A DNA stretch of 62,464 bases, the filler included, from an uncultured Ignavibacteriales bacterium (GTDB lineage Bacteria; Zixibacteria; MSB-5A5; GN15; JAAZOE01), in NCBI GenBank assembly GCA_964611355.1. It is 10 parts of 10 records of this genome, joined end to end, with 100 filler letters (N's around TTAATTAATTAA, not from the genome) between each part and the next. Parts side by side here need not be neighbours in the genome. Positions count along the whole stretch, not along the records: positions 57,667 to 62,464 come from CAZSYD010000086.1; 9 more parts are not named here. One strand, 5' to 3'. Every line of letters begins with the position of its first letter. The first letter of the stretch is position 1. The notes under the pieces were generated by a model. The model was not told the origin of the DNA. It saw only the letters and a list, made by a program, of their open reading frames with translations, and did no database searches. This document shows positions 58,853 to 62,464 of this stretch, piece by piece. The position numbers and the translations under genes are program-made.

Positions 58853-61786
58853 CTAATTTTGCTTATTGGTTCCCGGAGCCGCCCAATCCTGCGAAGTATT
58901 TGCACCTAGAATACCGTTTTGCTCACAAGGTCCGCCAGCATAGATTTCGTCATCACTCCATGCACCTATTCTACCCAGGAATCCACTAGCACTGTATTTA
59001 TCAGCCGGATCAGTAATACTAGTACTATTTTCAAAAGCAGTAGCTAGCCAGTCGCCATCCGGGTCGGTCGGTCCACCTTGTGTTACTTCACCGGTGGCAT
59101 GCTGGGTTTCATGAGCAAGCACTCCCAGGAAATTGGCATAATAGTAATGAAATTCCGACCAAACGATTGCCGTGAGCTGCGGCGGTGGCCCGGGTAAGAT
59201 GGTGGTAACTATGTACTGATCGCCGAGGTAGGCTTCATTGCCAATCCTTATGCTTCCGATACCACCAGCACTTATACAATGCGATCTCCCCGCGGGTTCA
59301 TACCCATACGCTCCACCACCTGCGTTTTGCTTATAGTAATGGAACCAATTGGGATGTGTAGGATCGCCTCCGGGATGATTCTTGGCTGTACCGGTATAAA
59401 ACACCTCTATATTGGTGGTGCTATCAGAACTCACGCTGACCTTATCTCCGAGTATTTCCATTTTGACTACTTTCAAGCCAAAACTTGTGTTGTTAGTGGG
59501 TAACCCGGTAAAGGTAGCTGTTGCCGCCAATCCTTCTCCCTTTGTGGCATCACCAGGCCAGGTTGAATTCCAGGTTAAAACCGAGGCGCCAATACCGCCA
59601 ACAATTGTCCAGCGAATGCGATTGTCCTCCAATAAAGTACGAACTGCCGGTAAATCAGGACGAGCAGTGGCTTCACACTCTACTGTCAGAACACCCGGGC
59701 TGGCGGCGTTAAATGTCCTTTCATTCGTGGAGTTAGCGCCTGTCGTGGGATCACCATTGGGATTTTTTAGCTTCGCGTCATATACCGTAACATTCCACTT
59801 CGATACTCCGCGATCTCCGTCAGCGTCGGTGGCTGTATACACGATTGTAACATCCTTGGAATTATCACTATGGAGAATACCGTTGATGGTAAAGTTGACG
59901 CCGCTTCCAAGATCGGGATCAACTTTAGCTGCACCATTAGTCACGCTCCAGTCTCCAGTGGTGCTGGGCCGGGTACATTTCAATATTGTATCACAGTTGA
60001 CACAAAGGAAATCCATCCACTGGTAACCTTCGTCTTTGATCGGTTCTGTCGTAACATCATCGACAATTTCGTCACTACCGAACATTTCCGTAAATACATA
60101 GTGATCCTCATCCAAGGGACCTGTCCATTGGCCGGAACATTCCAGTGTCCCTCCGCAAGTCACTATTTTCAAAAGTTCATAAACGTGAGTCGTCCGGTGC
60201 ACTGAATAAAGGTTAACCCAATCTATCCCCTTGTTGTAAGACCATTCAAAATTGACAGTAAATATCCTTTCTTCCAGCGTCTTAGATTGACCCGGCTGCG
60301 GCGTAATAGTTTCTATCACCTCGAGTAAACCGACCGGATCGCATCCCGGTGACGGACCATCCCTAAAGATATATGTGAGTAGAAATACTCCATCGCCTAT
60401 ATTAACCATCTCATCACAATTAGCGTCCCCTGCTTCATAAGGATCAGGTGGACAACCAATTGGAGGATTTTCTATACATTCAGAGGGGTGAAAAACGAAG
60501 TTGTTTATGTAGACAGCATCACCAATGTTAACGTTACCATCGCCGTTAGCATCACCGGCAGTGTATTGCTCCTCTGTAACGTGAATCAAGAATATACATC
60601 GGTCAGTATCATAACCGTCGGAAACCTCGATCTCAACGTCCCATGGGCCGATATCTTCGACCGTAGTACTCCAGGTATATTCACCGATATTCGGGTCAAT
60701 CGTGCCGGGACCGGATACGATTGAATAAAACAATGGAAGGGGGCAAACATCCGGGTCAATACCGATAATATCGGATTTGACCAGAGTGTTACCGCCCACG
60801 ACATATTCCTCCGGCACCCCACAGTCTATGACCGGAGCCTCGTTGATAACCGCAATATCGAAAGAGCATATATCACACAACTCATAAGCATCGCATACTT
60901 GCACCACGACGGTGATAGACGCACCAATATCCCCCGGCACAAAGTCACAGTTCACCAGGCCGGTGGCCGCATCGACCCATGCCGAACCGGCGCCATTATA
61001 GGAAAGCAATTCAAAAACCAGAGGCTCCTGCTCGGGGTCATCGGCCTCAAGAACATATTCGAAGACTTCACACATCGGCGCATACAGCATCCCCGTCGGG
61101 CAATTAGTAAATATTGGCGGCAGGTTGGGTATTCTCTTCACCGGCCAGCACAAGCCGCCGCTCGGCCAGGCGACCTGCGGCGTGTATGTACCGGTGATAT
61201 CTATGAACACGAAATCGCCCGCCACTGGAATCTTTGTGCTGTCAATACACAACTGGTAGACACCGCCCGCATCCGGACCAGCCGTAAAATTGAAGGAAAT
61301 CATATGCTCCAGAGGACCAGCCGCAAGTCCGCCTGTCGCTGCATTTCCACCGAACATCAGGGAATCAGGAGAAATTTCATCCATATCTTTCTCGCTGACT
61401 AAAAGACCGGTATGATTCCAGACAGTTGAGGGGGGATCCATGCGGCATCCTGGAACAACTGTGATACAGGCATGACCGGTGCCCGGCCCGCTGGGTCCAT
61501 AGCCGCCAACGTCCCGCCATTGCCAGGTGGCGCCGTCGGGCGACCAGAAGTAAAAACCAAGCTGCATAGCCGTCAGAGTATTGTCGTTTTCGATATAAAT
61601 ATCAAAAGTAGCCGGTTCGCCGACCCAGATGGTGTCGGTGTGACTGCCACAGGTCATGCCGAGATCAACCAGATTGTTGGCGCCGACGACAGTAACTGAG
61701 ACGATAAAAAGCAAAATCATTAGCACCAGTTGAAAAGGTCGAAAAAAGCAATAACGCGTTTTTGAGAAATCCTTAACTCCTAACAT
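58853..61786 (-). CDS. Modular secreted protein: cohesin-like + Ig/cadherin-like repeats + dockerin + C-terminal HExxH domain
   Basis: GGAGG RBS and signal peptide; ADDPE and DPD Ig repeats; paired GDANGDGNVNIGD / GDANCDEMVNIGD dockerin loops; LAHETQH. Confidence 0.75.
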   Translation of the reverse strand: MLGVKDFSKTRYCFFRPFQLVLMILLFIVSVTVVGANNLVDLGMTCGSHTDTIWVGEPATFDIYIENDNTLTAMQLGFYFWSPDGATWQWRDVGGYGPSGPGTGHACITVVPGCRMDPPSTVWNHTGLLVSEKDMDEISPDSLMFGGNAATGGLAAGPLEHMISFNFTAGPDAGGVYQLCIDSTKIPVAGDFVFIDITGTYTPQVAWPSGGLCWPVKRIPNLPPIFTNCPTGMLYAPMCEVFEYVLEADDPEQEPLVFELLSYNGAGSAWVDAATGLVNCDFVPGDIGASITVVVQVCDAYELCDICSFDIAVINEAPVIDCGVPEEYVVGGNTLVKSDIIGIDPDVCPLPLFYSIVSGPGTIDPNIGEYTWSTTVEDIGPWDVEIEVSDGYDTDRCIFLIHVTEEQYTAGDANGDGNVNIGDAVYINNFVFHPSECIENPPIGCPPDPYEAGDANCDEMVNIGDGVFLLTYIFRDGPSPGCDPVGLLEVIETITPQPGQSKTLEERIFTVNFEWSYNKGIDWVNLYSVHRTTHVYELLKIVTCGGTLECSGQWTGPLDEDHYVFTEMFGSDEIVDDVTTEPIKDEGYQWMDFLCVNCDTILKCTRPSTTGDWSVTNGAAKVDPDLGSGVNFTINGILHSDNSKDVTIVYTATDADGDRGVSKWNVTVYDAKLKNPNGDPTTGANSTNERTFNAASPGVLTVECEATARPDLPAVRTLLEDNRIRWTIVGGIGASVLTWNSTWPGDATKGEGLAATATFTGLPTNNTSFGLKVVKMEILGDKVSVSSDSTTNIEVFYTGTAKNHPGGDPTHPNWFHYYKQNAGGGAYGYEPAGRSHCISAGGIGSIRIGNEAYLGDQYIVTTILPGPPPQLTAIVWSEFHYYYANFLGVLAHETQHATGEVTQGGPTDPDGDWLATAFENSTSITDPADKYSASGFLGRIGAWSDDEIYAGGPCEQNGILGANTSQDWAAPGTNKQN

Positions 61787-62464
61787 CGTGTTACCTCCTC
61801 TGCCCTTTATAAACTCATGATATTTTATATTCAATGGATGCGAATCAACACGCATTTCGCTCCCATAAATCTAAGAATTAAATAGGTAAAAGGTTATCAT
61901 CAACCGGGTTTCCCTCCCTATCGGTTAGAGCCCACGATTATCAGCTACGTGAGGCACCTCTGTCGAGACACTGGTCGCGCGGGTAGCCTTGCGAGTATGA
62001 TTAAGGGATTTTGACCTTTTTCCCAATCCCCTCCGACAAGATAATAAGCTGCGGCTACATGGATGTCGTTAAAAAAAGAAACCTGTCAGGATTTATTGTA
62101 AATATACAGATTATCGGGAGCCTGTCAACTGAATAATATGAAATACTATCCGAATTATAGAATCTCGCCACTTACCTTAAAGAAAATCAGGGTTGTGTGT
62201 CATAATCAGGCGACTTTTCGTTTTAGAGCGAATCTTAATCTCAATCGGTATCAGATCATTTGCACTAAAGGTGCGTATCCCCCCGGGGACGCCATACATA
62301 ACTTGTAATTTTTCAATAAGTTATAAGCCTACCTCCGTGTGGATGATTTCGTGCCCAACAGATGTCGTCATTTGCCGGGAAGGCCTACGTCAAAAAATAT
62401 CCTCCCGCCCTTGTAATTTTTCGATTTTCGGCAGGTCTTGTTGGCGGCGGATTATATTCGGTAA

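Noticed and set aside
61975..62000. CGCAAGGCTAC resembling a c-di-GMP-I riboswitch
   Set aside because: The upstream GGCAAAC/GAAA tetraloop stem is absent.

Overview
This window is not one continuous locus. It is about 10 short contigs joined by artificial 100-nt spacers (N runs around TTAATTAATTAA), and the complete contigs run in descending size, as in a concatenated draft or metagenome-assembled genome, so adjacency across spacers means nothing. Dockerin-bearing secreted proteins, a T9SS-type C-terminal sorting domain, LPS export genes and a selenoprotein suggest a diderm FCB-group bacterium, probably Zixibacteria-like (inference). Housekeeping content: ahcY end, lptF/lptG, yhaM, fetAB, priA, mfd, nfi, mtaB, hom (partial), a ZIP transporter, tRNA-Ser(GGA), partial tRNA-Cys, 5S rRNA and the 23S 3' end. 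Highlights: (1) a selenocysteine peroxiredoxin split at an in-frame UGA with a SECIS-like hairpin; (2) an operon of an HD-like protein, a fungal Lys4-like single-chain homoaconitase and PrpD; (3) an unannotated dispersed intergenic repeat on four contigs; (4) cohesin/dockerin-like modular secreted proteins, one with an appended HExxH domain and a dedicated partner gene; (5) a phage TerS-TerL-portal module; (6) an endonuclease V with a catalytic Asp replaced by Ala; (7) several deletion-scar gene remnants. All family assignments come from motif recognition by eye, not from database searches.
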